Shown: one piece after another, positions 1-9,652 of the stretch
Position numbering within the stretch: the stretch's first letter is position 1
How the letters are laid out: every line of letters begins with the position of its first letter
Assembly: GCA_900696575.1 (NCBI GenBank)
Contig: CAADHD010000024.1
Coordinates: 36,818-100,817 of the forward strand
Source: an uncultured Bacteroidota bacterium
GTDB taxonomy: Bacteria > Bacteroidota > Bacteroidia > AKYH767-A > OLB10
Length of the DNA: 64,000 nucleotides
Direction of reading: 5' to 3'
Position numbers and translations under genes: made by a program
Notes under the pieces: model-generated
The model's input: the letters and a program-made list of their open reading frames with translations, nothing else
What the model was told of the DNA's origin: nothing
Database searches by the model: none

Positions 1-3000
1 TTCAGCGATTTTGATAATTTCATTGAAAGCATTCATCTCCACTCTGATTTTGAAGAATCTCAGATACACTCCCATGACCTTGCCTTTTTTGCTCCTGAAC
101 TAAAAGGTATGAACCGTTCAGTTATATTTTCAGGAATGGTAAGAGGAACGGTAAATCAGTTAAGGCTGCGAAACTTTGCTTTCCGTTACGGCAATAACAC
201 AGAGTTTAAAGGCAGAATAAACCTGAACGGGTTGCCTGACACAGAAGAAACTTTTATTGATTTGATTGTGGAAGAAATGAAATCTTCCTCTGCAGATATT
301 GCCACCATTCCGGTTCCTCCTTATGATTCGAATCAGCTTATTTCTGTACCTGAAGAAATTAAACGCTTAGGTAATATCAGTTTCAACGGAAAATTTACCG
401 GTTTTTACAATGACTTTGTAGCCTATGGAAACATCCGTACCGATCTGGGCTATGCTTCTACCGATATCAATCTGAAGTTTGATAAAACACCGGTTTACTC
501 AGGAAAACTTTCTCTGGATAATTTTCAGTTAGGCCGGTTTGTTAGGGCAAATGAGCTGGGAATTCTGAGCATGAACGCATCGGTAACCGGAAATCATTTT
601 GACCTGAACAAACTGAATGCAACCGTTAAAGGAAACATTGTAAGACTCGACTTCAGAAATTACCCGTATTCCAATATGGAAATTAGCGCTAATCTTTCGC
701 GCAAACTGTTCAATGGTTCATTAAATGTAAATGATGAACATATAGACCTTGATTTCAGCGGAAGCATTGATTTTACCGGAAAAATACCGGTAATGGATTT
801 CAGCGTTGATTTGAATCACGCAAATCTCACTGCTTTGAATCTGATGAAAAGAGATTCCGTTTCGCGGCTGGCTTTTCATACCGATATTGACCTTGCCGGT
901 AATAACATGGATGATATAGCCGGGCTCGTTCAGTTTAAAGATGTGATTTATTCCGAAGGCAGACGTAGGATCTCGATGAAAGATATCATCTTGAAATCTG
1001 AGTTTATGAATGGCCACCGGAAAATACTTCTTAATTCGGAAGGAGCAGATGCTTCGCTGACCGGAAATTTTGAATTTGAATCACTGGTTCCCGCTATTCA
1101 GAATATGTTACAGTTGCATTTTCCATTGCCTGTAATGAAAACAACTTCATCGCTGAAACCACAAAACATTACGTATTCCGTTACCCTTAAAAACATTCAA
1201 CCATTGCTGGACGTAGTGATACCTGAATTGAAAATTACTGAAGGAACCGCCATTACCGGAAAATTTTCTTCGCCAAACGATGAGTTTTCAATTCAGCTTA
1301 AAGCTTTAAAGATTGCATGGAATAAAATAGTGTTAAACAGAATTGATTTTAACGGAAAGACCGAAAATGACCAATTCTCTTTTCAATTTCGATCTCCGGA
1401 AACTAGCATACGCGACAGCCTGGTTTTTAAAAATTTTTCGCTGATCGGAAATTCATCATTCAATAAGGCAGACTTCCGGCTGATGTTGCACGGGCGCGAC
1501 TCCTTAAGCGATAACCTTGAATTGAATGGACAAATGGTATTCAGCGGAGGGGGAAAGTCAACCCTGGAACTGGGTCATACCGTATTAATGGTTGAAAAAA
1601 TGAAATGGCAGACCGAGCCGGGCAATCAGTTGCGTTTTGATTCAACAGGAACATTTATCAGCAACCTTAAAATGTATTCTGAAAACAAGCATATTGCCAT
1701 TGACGGATATGCTGGCGCTGATCCTGACCGCAGCCTTCGTATGCTGTTTAGTGAATTTCCAATTCAGCCTTTGAACAAAATTCTGCATACATTCGGAATT
1801 ACTGCCGGAGGAATCATAAACGGAGAATTGAACTTGCGTGAAGTAACGGTTAATCCTGTGATACAAACAAACCTGCAGATATCGGAGTTCAGCATGTTTG
1901 GCGATACGCTGGGTCATGCAAGAATGAATGTGGATTTCCCTGTCGGGAAGAAAAAACTAACAGCTGATATTGATGTTTCGCGTGATGACATTAAAAATCT
2001 CAGCATAACAGGCAGTTATGACCTCTCGGAAGATAAATTTGACTTCCGTATTCTTCTCAACAAACTGAATGCTGCACCATTCGGGCATTACCTGAATGAT
2101 TTTGCAACCCGCGTTAGGGGCTATGCCAGCGGTGAAATAACCCTTACCGGAAGTTCTAAAAAACCAGCGATAAAAGGTAAAGTGAAACTGCAGAAAGCAG
2201 CTATGACCATAGATTACCTCAACTGTCGTTACAGCTTCAGCGATGAGGTTAACATTACCCCTACCGCCTTTTCATTTAACAACATCACACTTTCCGATTC
2301 GCTCGGGAATACGGCAATACTGAATGGTAATATATTGCATAATTATTTCGCTGATTTTAAACTTTACCTGAGCATTCGCACCAAAAACCTGATGATGCTG
2401 AATACCACAGCCGCACAAAACAGTTTGTTTTACGGCAGCGGTTTTGCTTCGGGTCAAATGATTATTTCAGGGCCGTTTGAAATGATATCATTCAATGGGT
2501 CCATGCGTTCGGAAAAAGGGACGGAAATTTCGATTCCGCTTTCGAATCCTGAAGAGGTAACACCAAGTTCATTTGTTACATTTTTTACGGCCGATACCAC
2601 TCAGAAATTAAACCCGGCATCCAAAATTGACTTATCGGGAATATCGCTTAGGCTTGATTTGAATATTACAGAAGATGCGTTGGTAAAACTGATTTATGAT
2701 GAAAAAATTGGTGATGTGATGGAAGGCCGCGGAAACGGAAACATTGTTTTTGAAATTCTGAATGATGAAACTTTTACAATGCGCGGTGACTATACGGCTA
2801 CCAGCGGAAACTATGTTTTCACATTGCAGAATGTGATTAACAAACGGTTTTACATACAACCCGGAGGAACGATACGCTGGAACGGCTCACCTTATGAGGC
2901 ACTTATTGACATTGATGCCGTTTACCGCACGCGAGCAAGTATGTATGATTTGTTGCAGGATTCTTCGGCAACGGCACGCAGGCGCATACCGGTACTGATT

Positions 3001-3624
3001 AATCTTTCGCTGCGTAATCGGTTGCTTAAGCCCGATATTAATTTCAACATTGATATACCGGATATTGACCCTACAACACAAGGGCTTGTGCAACAGGCCA
3101 TCTCCACAGAAGAAAGCAAATCAAAACAGACGCTCAGCCTTTTGGTAATGAACCGCTTTTTGCCGGGAGACAACCGCAGTACCAATTTCGAAGCCTCTTC
3201 AAGCGGCTTCAGTGCAAATGCCAGCGAACTGCTTAGCGTACAGCTTACCAACTGGGTTTCGCAATTAACAGACAGGGTTGATGTAGGTATTAATTACCGC
3301 GCAGGCGACAAGCTTAACAGCGACCAGCTTGAGGTGATGCTTGCCACCCGTTTGTTTAATGATCGTGTTGCGGTTGAAACAAATGTAGGATTTATGGGAA
3401 GTAATTCAGGCAACAGCCAGAGCAACTCTAACCTTGTGGGTGATTTTAACGTGGATGTTAAAATTACGGAAGACGGTAAGTTTCATTTCAAAGCATTTAA
3501 CCGCTCTAATAATATTAACTTTCTTACCAACTTCAACTCTTTATATACTCAGGGAATCGGGTTTTATTACAAGCAGGAGTTTAATACGCTGCGCGAAATC
3601 TTTACTAAACGCAGAGAAGAGTAA
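1..3624 (+). CDS. tamB: Translocation and assembly module TamB (DUF490/AsmA-like), 5'-truncated by the window edge
   Basis: Frame is open from base 1 (FSDFDNFIESIHLHSDF...). Long beta-rich repeats and a typical Bacteroidota TamB C-terminus (GTIRWNGSPY...VGDFNVDVKITEDGKFHFKAFNRSN...YTQGIGFYYKQEF). Confidence 0.85.
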   Translation, partial: FSDFDNFIESIHLHSDFEESQIHSHDLAFFAPELKGMNRSVIFSGMVRGTVNQLRLRNFAFRYGNNTEFKGRINLNGLPDTEETFIDLIVEEMKSSSADIATIPVPPYDSNQLISVPEEIKRLGNISFNGKFTGFYNDFVAYGNIRTDLGYASTDINLKFDKTPVYSGKLSLDNFQLGRFVRANELGILSMNASVTGNHFDLNKLNATVKGNIVRLDFRNYPYSNMEISANLSRKLFNGSLNVNDEHIDLDFSGSIDFTGKIPVMDFSVDLNHANLTALNLMKRDSVSRLAFHTDIDLAGNNMDDIAGLVQFKDVIYSEGRRRISMKDIILKSEFMNGHRKILLNSEGADASLTGNFEFESLVPAIQNMLQLHFPLPVMKTTSSLKPQNITYSVTLKNIQPLLDVVIPELKITEGTAITGKFSSPNDEFSIQLKALKIAWNKIVLNRIDFNGKTENDQFSFQFRSPETSIRDSLVFKNFSLIGNSSFNKADFRLMLHGRDSLSDNLELNGQMVFSGGGKSTLELGHTVLMVEKMKWQTEPGNQLRFDSTGTFISNLKMYSENKHIAIDGYAGADPDRSLRMLFSEFPIQPLNKILHTFGITAGGIINGELNLREVTVNPVIQTNLQISEFSMFGDTLGHARMNVDFPVGKKKLTADIDVSRDDIKNLSITGSYDLSEDKFDFRILLNKLNAAPFGHYLNDFATRVRGYASGEITLTGSSKKPAIKGKVKLQKAAMTIDYLNCRYSFSDEVNITPTAFSFNNITLSDSLGNTAILNGNILHNYFADFKLYLSIRTKNLMMLNTTAAQNSLFYGSGFASGQMIISGPFEMISFNGSMRSEKGTEISIPLSNPEEVTPSSFVTFFTADTTQKLNPASKIDLSGISLRLDLNITEDALVKLIYDEKIGDVMEGRGNGNIVFEILNDETFTMRGDYTATSGNYVFTLQNVINKRFYIQPGGTIRWNGSPYEALIDIDAVYRTRASMYDLLQDSSATARRRIPVLINLSLRNRLLKPDINFNIDIPDIDPTTQGLVQQAISTEESKSKQTLSLLVMNRFLPGDNRSTNFEASSSGFSANASELLSVQLTNWVSQLTDRVDVGINYRAGDKLNSDQLEVMLATRLFNDRVAVETNVGFMGSNSGNSQSNSNLVGDFNVDVKITEDGKFHFKAFNRSNNINFLTNFNSLYTQGIGFYYKQEFNTLREIFTKRREE

Positions 3625-3781
3625 ACCGGTATTTAATACGACAAAATTGCCCAATTCACTGATGACTTTCTGCCAAAACGTAATTCATTTTTACAGAAAA
3701 CTGTAATACTGGCAGAGACTTTTGGTTGGTACTGTGTTTGAGAAACCGGTAGTAAACACATAAAAACAAAAGGAGGTAAAT

Positions 3782-4231
3782 ATGACACTCATTAAATTTA
3801 AAAAAGACAACGGAGCAGACCGTTATATGGAACGGCTTCCGCAATTCGCAGAAATGTTTAACGACTTTTTTAACACCTGGCCTCTGGATTCGCGCAGAAA
3901 TACAGTTCCTGCAGTGAATATATCCGAGACCAACGAAAACTTCAAAATTGAAGTGGCAGCGCCTGGCATGAATAAGGAGGATTTTAAACTCAGTGTGGAC
4001 AATGATCTGCTGACCATCAGCGCTGAGAAAAAGGAGGAAAAAGAAGAAAATGATACACGTTACACCCGCAAGGAATTCAGTTTTGTATCGTTTTCGCGCT
4101 CGTTTAACATGCCTGAAATTGTGGATTCGGAAAAGATAGATGCAACCTACAAGAATGGTGTGATGAGCATCATCTTGCCAAAGAAGGAAGAAGCCAGGCC
4201 GCGCCCACCACGTGAGATTAAAGTGAATTAA
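3782..4231 (+). CDS. Hsp20/alpha-crystallin small heat shock protein
   Basis: PAVNISET...IEVAAPGMNKEDF...FSRSF...IDATYKNGVMSIILPK and C-terminal I-x-V motif (REIKVN). Confidence 0.95.
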   Translation: MTLIKFKKDNGADRYMERLPQFAEMFNDFFNTWPLDSRRNTVPAVNISETNENFKIEVAAPGMNKEDFKLSVDNDLLTISAEKKEEKEENDTRYTRKEFSFVSFSRSFNMPEIVDSEKIDATYKNGVMSIILPKKEEARPRPPREIKVN

Positions 4232-4270
4232 AAGGCTTCTTTGCTGAAGACTTTTGGTTGATGGATTGGT

Positions 4271-4304
4271 AACCTCTTTCCGCATAAAGCGGAGAGAGGT
4301 TTTT
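4271..4304 (+). terminator. Rho-independent terminator after hsp20
   Basis: aacctctttccgc-ataaa-gcggagagaggtt followed by a T run. Confidence 0.8.
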
Positions 4305-4653
4305 ATTTCACCTTGGCATTTTATCTCTTCTTGGAAACACCATTGGAAGATTTTACCTATTTAATAGGTACATCGCCTGACAAGTTACAAACTGCTGTAA
4401 AAAATAATCTTTGAAGCGTATTTCAGGTACCGGCTGCAGTTATCCGGTTTTCAGAATTTAAGGAGGAAATGACTGGTGGAAGGTGGGCCGGTTGATTAAT
4501 GAACACCAGCCTGAGGCGGTTACACATTAATAAGACTGCCTTGCTGCCATTTGACGCGCCTGCCGCTCGCACCAGTAATGACCATTAAGCAGGATAGGAT
4601 TGTTTCATGCACTCCACAAAATACCCACCGTTACTATCTCTCATATTTGCGGG

Positions 4654-5340
4654 ATGTTTACTTATTTGACAATTAATTTAATTTCGGTGGCGTTGCCGCT
4701 GGCTTTCAGCTTTCATCCGAAGATTAAATTTTACAGGGAATGGAAATATCTTTTTCCCGCTATTGCCATCATGGGCGCTTTCTTCCTTACATGGGATCAT
4801 TATTTCACGAAATGGGGCGTATGGAGTTTTAATCCGGATTATGTGATGGGGATTTACATAGCGGGTATGCCGATAGAGGAATGGATGTTTTTTTTGTTTA
4901 TTCCTTATTCGTGCCTGTTCATTTATCATTGTCTGAATCTTTTTTTCAAACACAGGTGGTGGGATAAAGCAGTACCATTTATTTCGTGGGCGGTAGTGAT
5001 TACCTGTGCAGGTTTGATGGCGGCAGGTTTGAACCGGTTTTACACATTTGCCACTGCTTTTTTTCTGGCTGTATTTATACTGATGATGATGATTTACAGG
5101 CATAGCTACTGGATGGGAAGATTTTACCGGGCTTATCTGGTAAGTAAAATTCCGTTTCTGATAGTGAACGGTGCCCTTACGGCATTGCCGGTAGTTGTGT
5201 ATAACGATAACGAGAATCTTGGCGTGAGAATTAATACCATACCGGCCGAGGATGCATTTTACAGTATGCTGATGCTGATGATGGTAACGGCAGTTTATGA
5301 AAGGCTGAAGAAACGAAGTTCAGAAAGAGGGAAAGTATGA
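4654..5340 (+). CDS. Lycopene cyclase domain-containing membrane protein (CrtYc/Yd-type, two repeats)
   Basis: Hydrophobic protein with WD...GVWSFN...G.PIEEW.FF..IPY and a second repeat NG.LT...YN...LG.RI.TIPAED.FY; ATG at 4654 preferred. Confidence 0.85.
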   Translation: MFTYLTINLISVALPLAFSFHPKIKFYREWKYLFPAIAIMGAFFLTWDHYFTKWGVWSFNPDYVMGIYIAGMPIEEWMFFLFIPYSCLFIYHCLNLFFKHRWWDKAVPFISWAVVITCAGLMAAGLNRFYTFATAFFLAVFILMMMIYRHSYWMGRFYRAYLVSKIPFLIVNGALTALPVVVYNDNENLGVRINTIPAEDAFYSMLMLMMVTAVYERLKKRSSERGKV

Positions 5341-6359
5341 AGAGAATGTTCGCAAAGGTTTTCATAGTGCTGCTTGTCGCAGGAATTGTTGCGGGAGGTT
5401 GGCTTTATTATGCGGTGATGATGCCTAATGTGAAATATGATAATGGCGGATGGCTGTACATTAAAACAGGCAGCAATTACGATTCATTGACAGCAGATTT
5501 GAAACGAATGGATATATTGAAAGATGACTTTACGTTTCACTTTCTGGCGGAGTTGATGAAACTGAAAGATCGAATAAAGCCCGGCCGTTACAAGATAATG
5601 GAAGGGATGAATAACAATGAACTGATAAGGCTGCTTCGGTCGGGCAGACAAACACCGCTAAAATTTACCTTTACCAACGTACGGACAGTGTATGAATTAG
5701 CCGGAATAATTGACGAAGATTTTGAAACCGATTCTGTTTCTGTTGTTAAAGAAATTTTTAACCCATCCCTGCTCGATTCATTAAAGCTGGACAGTTTGAC
5801 AATAGCCACGATTTTCATTCCCAACACTTATGAATTGTACTGGAATGCAAAGCCATCAACCATCATAAAAAGATTGGCGAAAGAACATACCAATTTCTGG
5901 AATGCAGAGCGGAAAGCCAGAGCGGAAACAATGAAATTATCGCCAACGGAGGTTTCGATACTGGCCAGCATAGTAGAGCAGGAAACAAGGATGAATGACG
6001 AAAAACCGGTGATAGCCGGAGTATATCTTAACCGGATTAAGAAGGGCTGGAAACTTGAAGCAGATCCAACTTTAGTGTATGCATCAGGCAATTTCGGCTT
6101 AAAGCGGGTACTGAATGTGCATAAGGAAATCGAATCGCCATTTAACACCTATAAAAATGCAGGATTGCCGCCCGGACCGATCTGCATCCCGTCAATTGCT
6201 TCTATTGATGCCGTACTTAATAAGATTGAACATGAGTACCTTTTCTTTTGTGCAAGAGAAGATCTGAGTGGTTATCATGCATTTGCCAGAACGTATCATG
6301 ATCATTTGATTAATGCCCGCAGGTTTCAGAAGGAACTGAGCCGAAGAGGAATTAGATAG
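5337..6359 (+). CDS. mltG: Endolytic transglycosylase MltG (YceG family)
   Basis: N-terminal TM helix, LASIVEQET catalytic motif, IAGVYLNR, LEADPT, SPFNTYKNAGLPPGPI. Confidence 0.95.
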   Translation: MKRMFAKVFIVLLVAGIVAGGWLYYAVMMPNVKYDNGGWLYIKTGSNYDSLTADLKRMDILKDDFTFHFLAELMKLKDRIKPGRYKIMEGMNNNELIRLLRSGRQTPLKFTFTNVRTVYELAGIIDEDFETDSVSVVKEIFNPSLLDSLKLDSLTIATIFIPNTYELYWNAKPSTIIKRLAKEHTNFWNAERKARAETMKLSPTEVSILASIVEQETRMNDEKPVIAGVYLNRIKKGWKLEADPTLVYASGNFGLKRVLNVHKEIESPFNTYKNAGLPPGPICIPSIASIDAVLNKIEHEYLFFCAREDLSGYHAFARTYHDHLINARRFQKELSRRGIR

Positions 6360-6441
6360 CACTGAACTTTCCTCGGAAAGGTAATTAAACTAGTCAAAAA
6401 ATCATTGGAATGTTGCTTTTAATTTAAAGCGTAATTTTTCT

Positions 6442-6449
6442 TAGCTTTG
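6442..6449 (+). promoter_or_regulatory. Bacteroidota primary sigma -7 element (TAGCTTTG)
   Basis: Matches TAnnTTTG about 30 bp upstream of ATG 6478. Confidence 0.6.
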
Positions 6450-6477
6450 GCACTTCAAACAAAAAAATCTCTGTAAA

Positions 6478-8352
6478 ATGAAAAGAACAACTACTCTATT
6501 CTTTGCTATGGTCATATTGGTAAATATGGCTGCGGTAGCACAAACTACAAGAATGATTCTTGTAGAAGAATTTACAAATGCATCCTGCCCACCCTGTGCG
6601 GCATACAACCCTGCATTTAATGTGATCCTAAACAATAACCCAAATAACGTGGTGGCTGTTAAGTATCAGGTTAACTGGCCGGGCGCTGATCCTATGAATG
6701 CCCATAACCCGACTGAGGTGGCCAGCATGGTTTCATACTATGGTGTAAGCGGAGTACCCAACGCAGTGCTTGACGGAAATGTTTGGCAAGGCAACCCTGC
6801 CAGCTTTACTCAAACCATGATTAACAACCGTGCACCTGTGGCTTCGCCTTTTGCCATGACGGTAGATCATTCCTTCAGTCCTGATTATTCACAAATTTCG
6901 ATTACCGGAACTATAACTGCAACACAGGCATTTGGTACAGCTACTAATCTGCGCGTAGCAATCATAGAGAGAGATATTTATTTCTGCTCACCTGCCGGTT
7001 CGAATGGCGAAACACATTTCGAAGGTGTCATGAAAAAAATGCTTCCTAATCAGAACGGAACAGTAATGCCTGCAGCATGGACACAGGGACAGGTTGAGTA
7101 TTTTAATTTTACCTGGAATTTGGCCAATGTATACGATAAAACAAGGCTTGCAGTGGTAGCTTGGGTTTACAATCCTCAAACCAAAGAAGTGCAACAAGCT
7201 GCTTTCAGCCCGCAACAAGGCATGCCTGACGATGCCCGTATCACCTGCGCAGGTATTGGAGGTATTCCTTTGGTAAATTGTACTAATGTTATTACTCCTA
7301 CTGTTGAAATTCAGAACAACGGATTGAATGTGCTTACTTCACTTAATATCAATTATACCTTGAACGGTGGAACACCCAACAACTATGCATGGACAGGTAA
7401 TCTGGCGGCAGGTTCAACGGCAGTAGTTACACTTCCAACCATGAATGTAAACCTTGGCGCAAACTCGTTGATGGTTAATGTTACCGAGCCGAATGGGACT
7501 ATTGATTACAATACTTACTATGATCAGGTAACTAAGAACTTTACCATAGCCAACCCTACCGGAACACCTGTTCCTTTGGTTCAGAATTTCGTGCCTACTA
7601 CCTTCCCTCCTCCGGGCTGGGTAAGGGATAATCCTGATAACGGAGCTACCTGGACCCGAAATGCTGCAGGATATACCAATGCAGGATCGGCCAAGATGGA
7701 TTTTTACAATAGTACAGCAGGAAATATAGATGAACTTTGGGTAGAAGCGCAGGATTTCAGCGGAGCATCAGCCATTCAACTTGATTTTGATGTAGCTTAT
7801 GCTCCTTACAGCTCTACTTTACATGACCGTTTGCAGGTGCAGGTTTCTACTAATTGCGGACAAACCTGGACTACCGTTTATGATAAAGCTAATCTTGTAT
7901 TGGCCACCGTTCCTGCACAAACTTCAGCCTTTACTCCCACATCTACTTCTCAATGGAGGCATGAAACTACAAGTCTAAATGCCTTTGCAGGCCAATCGCT
8001 GGTTTTTGTGAAATTTAAAGGCATCTCAGGATATGGCAATAACTTGTATGTTGACAATATCAACTTTGCAGATCCATTGGGTGTAACTCAGAATGCCTTC
8101 AGTAAAGGCATCAGTCTGTATCCTTCGCCCAGCTCAGGAAAAGTAAACATCAGTATTAACCTTGACAAGGTTTCTCCGGTTACAATTGAAGTTTACAGCA
8201 TAGCCGGTGAAAAAGTAGCTTTCTTTAATGAAGGTATGACTGCCGGCACAGTGTTCAATTACGACCTTACCTCATTGAGCAACGGTTTATACACTGTTAA
8301 AATCATTGCCAATGATGAAACAGCCGTAAAACAGCTTCAGATAGTAAAATAA
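6478..8352 (+). CDS. T9SS type A cargo with Omp28-related thioredoxin-like domain, CARDB-like and beta-sandwich modules
   Basis: Signal peptide, LVEEFTNASCPPC, YYGVSGVPNAVLDG, C-terminal ISLYPSPSSG...LSNGLYTVKI...KQLQIVK. Confidence 0.8.
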   Translation: MKRTTTLFFAMVILVNMAAVAQTTRMILVEEFTNASCPPCAAYNPAFNVILNNNPNNVVAVKYQVNWPGADPMNAHNPTEVASMVSYYGVSGVPNAVLDGNVWQGNPASFTQTMINNRAPVASPFAMTVDHSFSPDYSQISITGTITATQAFGTATNLRVAIIERDIYFCSPAGSNGETHFEGVMKKMLPNQNGTVMPAAWTQGQVEYFNFTWNLANVYDKTRLAVVAWVYNPQTKEVQQAAFSPQQGMPDDARITCAGIGGIPLVNCTNVITPTVEIQNNGLNVLTSLNINYTLNGGTPNNYAWTGNLAAGSTAVVTLPTMNVNLGANSLMVNVTEPNGTIDYNTYYDQVTKNFTIANPTGTPVPLVQNFVPTTFPPPGWVRDNPDNGATWTRNAAGYTNAGSAKMDFYNSTAGNIDELWVEAQDFSGASAIQLDFDVAYAPYSSTLHDRLQVQVSTNCGQTWTTVYDKANLVLATVPAQTSAFTPTSTSQWRHETTSLNAFAGQSLVFVKFKGISGYGNNLYVDNINFADPLGVTQNAFSKGISLYPSPSSGKVNISINLDKVSPVTIEVYSIAGEKVAFFNEGMTAGTVFNYDLTSLSNGLYTVKIIANDETAVKQLQIVK

Positions 8353-8371
8353 CAAACTGCTCTTAACAAGT

Positions 8372-8405
8372 AAGCCTCTCTCCTTTAAAACGGAGGGGGC
8401 TTTTA
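8372..8405 (+). terminator. Rho-independent terminator
   Basis: aagcctctctcc...ggagggggctt followed by ttt. Confidence 0.75.
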
Positions 8406-8453
8406 TAATCTTGATTTTAATCAACTAAAAGATTTTCGGAAAGAAATTTACTA

Positions 8454-8461
8454 TAAGTTTG
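8454..8461 (+). promoter_or_regulatory. Bacteroidota -7 element (TAAGTTTG)
   Basis: TAnnTTTG about 25 bp upstream of ATG 8486. Confidence 0.6.
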
Positions 8462-8485
8462 CAAAACAACTCAAATCAGAAAATT

Positions 8486-9550
8486 ATGAAAAAACTATTA
8501 CTTTTTTCCTTCCTCTTCATTACCCTTGAAACACAGGCTCAGATTACCGTAACACAAAGCACCTTTCCTGTTGCCGGAACTGCCTGGCTTACGCGTTCGG
8601 ATAACCGGTATAACATGCACACCATCACTGCTGCTTCAGGAACGGCACAAACATGGAATTATGCCAATGCCTTTGTGATTGATGACTCGAATGCCGTAGC
8701 CTTTGTGCCTCCGGCATCAACTCCTTATGCCTCCAACTTTCCAAATGCCACGCTTGCCGCTTATGATGCACCGAATGACTATGCCACCTATTTCATCGGC
8801 AATACGAACGGATTTTATATTGACGGATTTTATGACGGAATGGGAACCCCTCCGTTTCAGAATGTAAATCCAAACCCGGATTTGTTAATCTTTCCTGTTC
8901 CTTTCACTTACAACAATACCAGAAACAACAATGCAAAAGTGGAAGTAATTCAAAGCGGAACTCCGGCACTTAAAATTGTGCTTACGGTTATTCAGCAGTT
9001 TGTTTGCGATGCTTATGGTACCTTAACAACTCCGGTATATAGCAACCAGCAGGTAATCAGAGTTAAACAAACTCAATTCACAGTTGATACCACTTACATT
9101 GATGTTCTCGGTAATGGCAACTGGACTTACGTGTCATCAAACCCTCCGTCCGATTCCTCTGTCACTTTCTTCTTTGCACGAAATGCTGCTATGCCGCTTT
9201 TAATGGAAATTTCTGCCGAACCTGCCGCACAAACTACTTCCATCAGTGCTTCGTATTATATTTCTGTTCTGTCCGGCATTAACGAGAATTCCTCTAATAC
9301 AGGTTCTGTATCTGTATTTCCGAATCCGGTTGCCAGCGGAGTTTTAAAATTCAATATTGATAATCCCTCTGCATCGGAATTGTTTCTCTATGACCTAACG
9401 GGCAAGCAGGTTTACAATACTTCAGTGTCAGGAGTAAATTCACTTACCGTTTACACTTCCGATCTTGCTGCCGGCTCATATATTTATAAGGTTACCTCAT
9501 CAGACAAGAGCCTGATTAAAACCGGAATGGTGATGATTGCCAAAGATTAA
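8486..9550 (+). CDS. T9SS type A sorting domain-containing secreted protein
   Basis: MKKLLLFSFLF signal peptide; CTD VSVFPNPV...LYDLTGKQV...LAAGSYIYKV. Confidence 0.85.
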   Translation: MKKLLLFSFLFITLETQAQITVTQSTFPVAGTAWLTRSDNRYNMHTITAASGTAQTWNYANAFVIDDSNAVAFVPPASTPYASNFPNATLAAYDAPNDYATYFIGNTNGFYIDGFYDGMGTPPFQNVNPNPDLLIFPVPFTYNNTRNNNAKVEVIQSGTPALKIVLTVIQQFVCDAYGTLTTPVYSNQQVIRVKQTQFTVDTTYIDVLGNGNWTYVSSNPPSDSSVTFFFARNAAMPLLMEISAEPAAQTTSISASYYISVLSGINENSSNTGSVSVFPNPVASGVLKFNIDNPSASELFLYDLTGKQVYNTSVSGVNSLTVYTSDLAAGSYIYKVTSSDKSLIKTGMVMIAKD

Positions 9551-9569
9551 ATAAACATTCCTGTTTCAG

Positions 9570-9601
9570 AAATGCCGGAGAAATTTCCGGCATTTTTTTT
9601 T
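9570..9601 (+). terminator. Rho-independent terminator
   Basis: aaatgccgga-gaaatt-tccggcattt followed by a T run. Confidence 0.85.
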
Positions 9602-9652
9602 AATTTAAGTTAGATTGATTTGCTATACTTGCTCTCCCCAAAAACAGATTCA

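Noticed and set aside
3656-4285. 209-aa antisense ORF over hsp20, and the other short overlapping ORFs in the track
   Set aside because: Shadow frames of well-supported genes with no recognisable motifs.
4460-4495. AAGGAGG followed by a tiny ORF MTGGRWAG
   Set aside because: SD-ATG spacing is too short, the peptide is 8 aa, and nothing else supports it.
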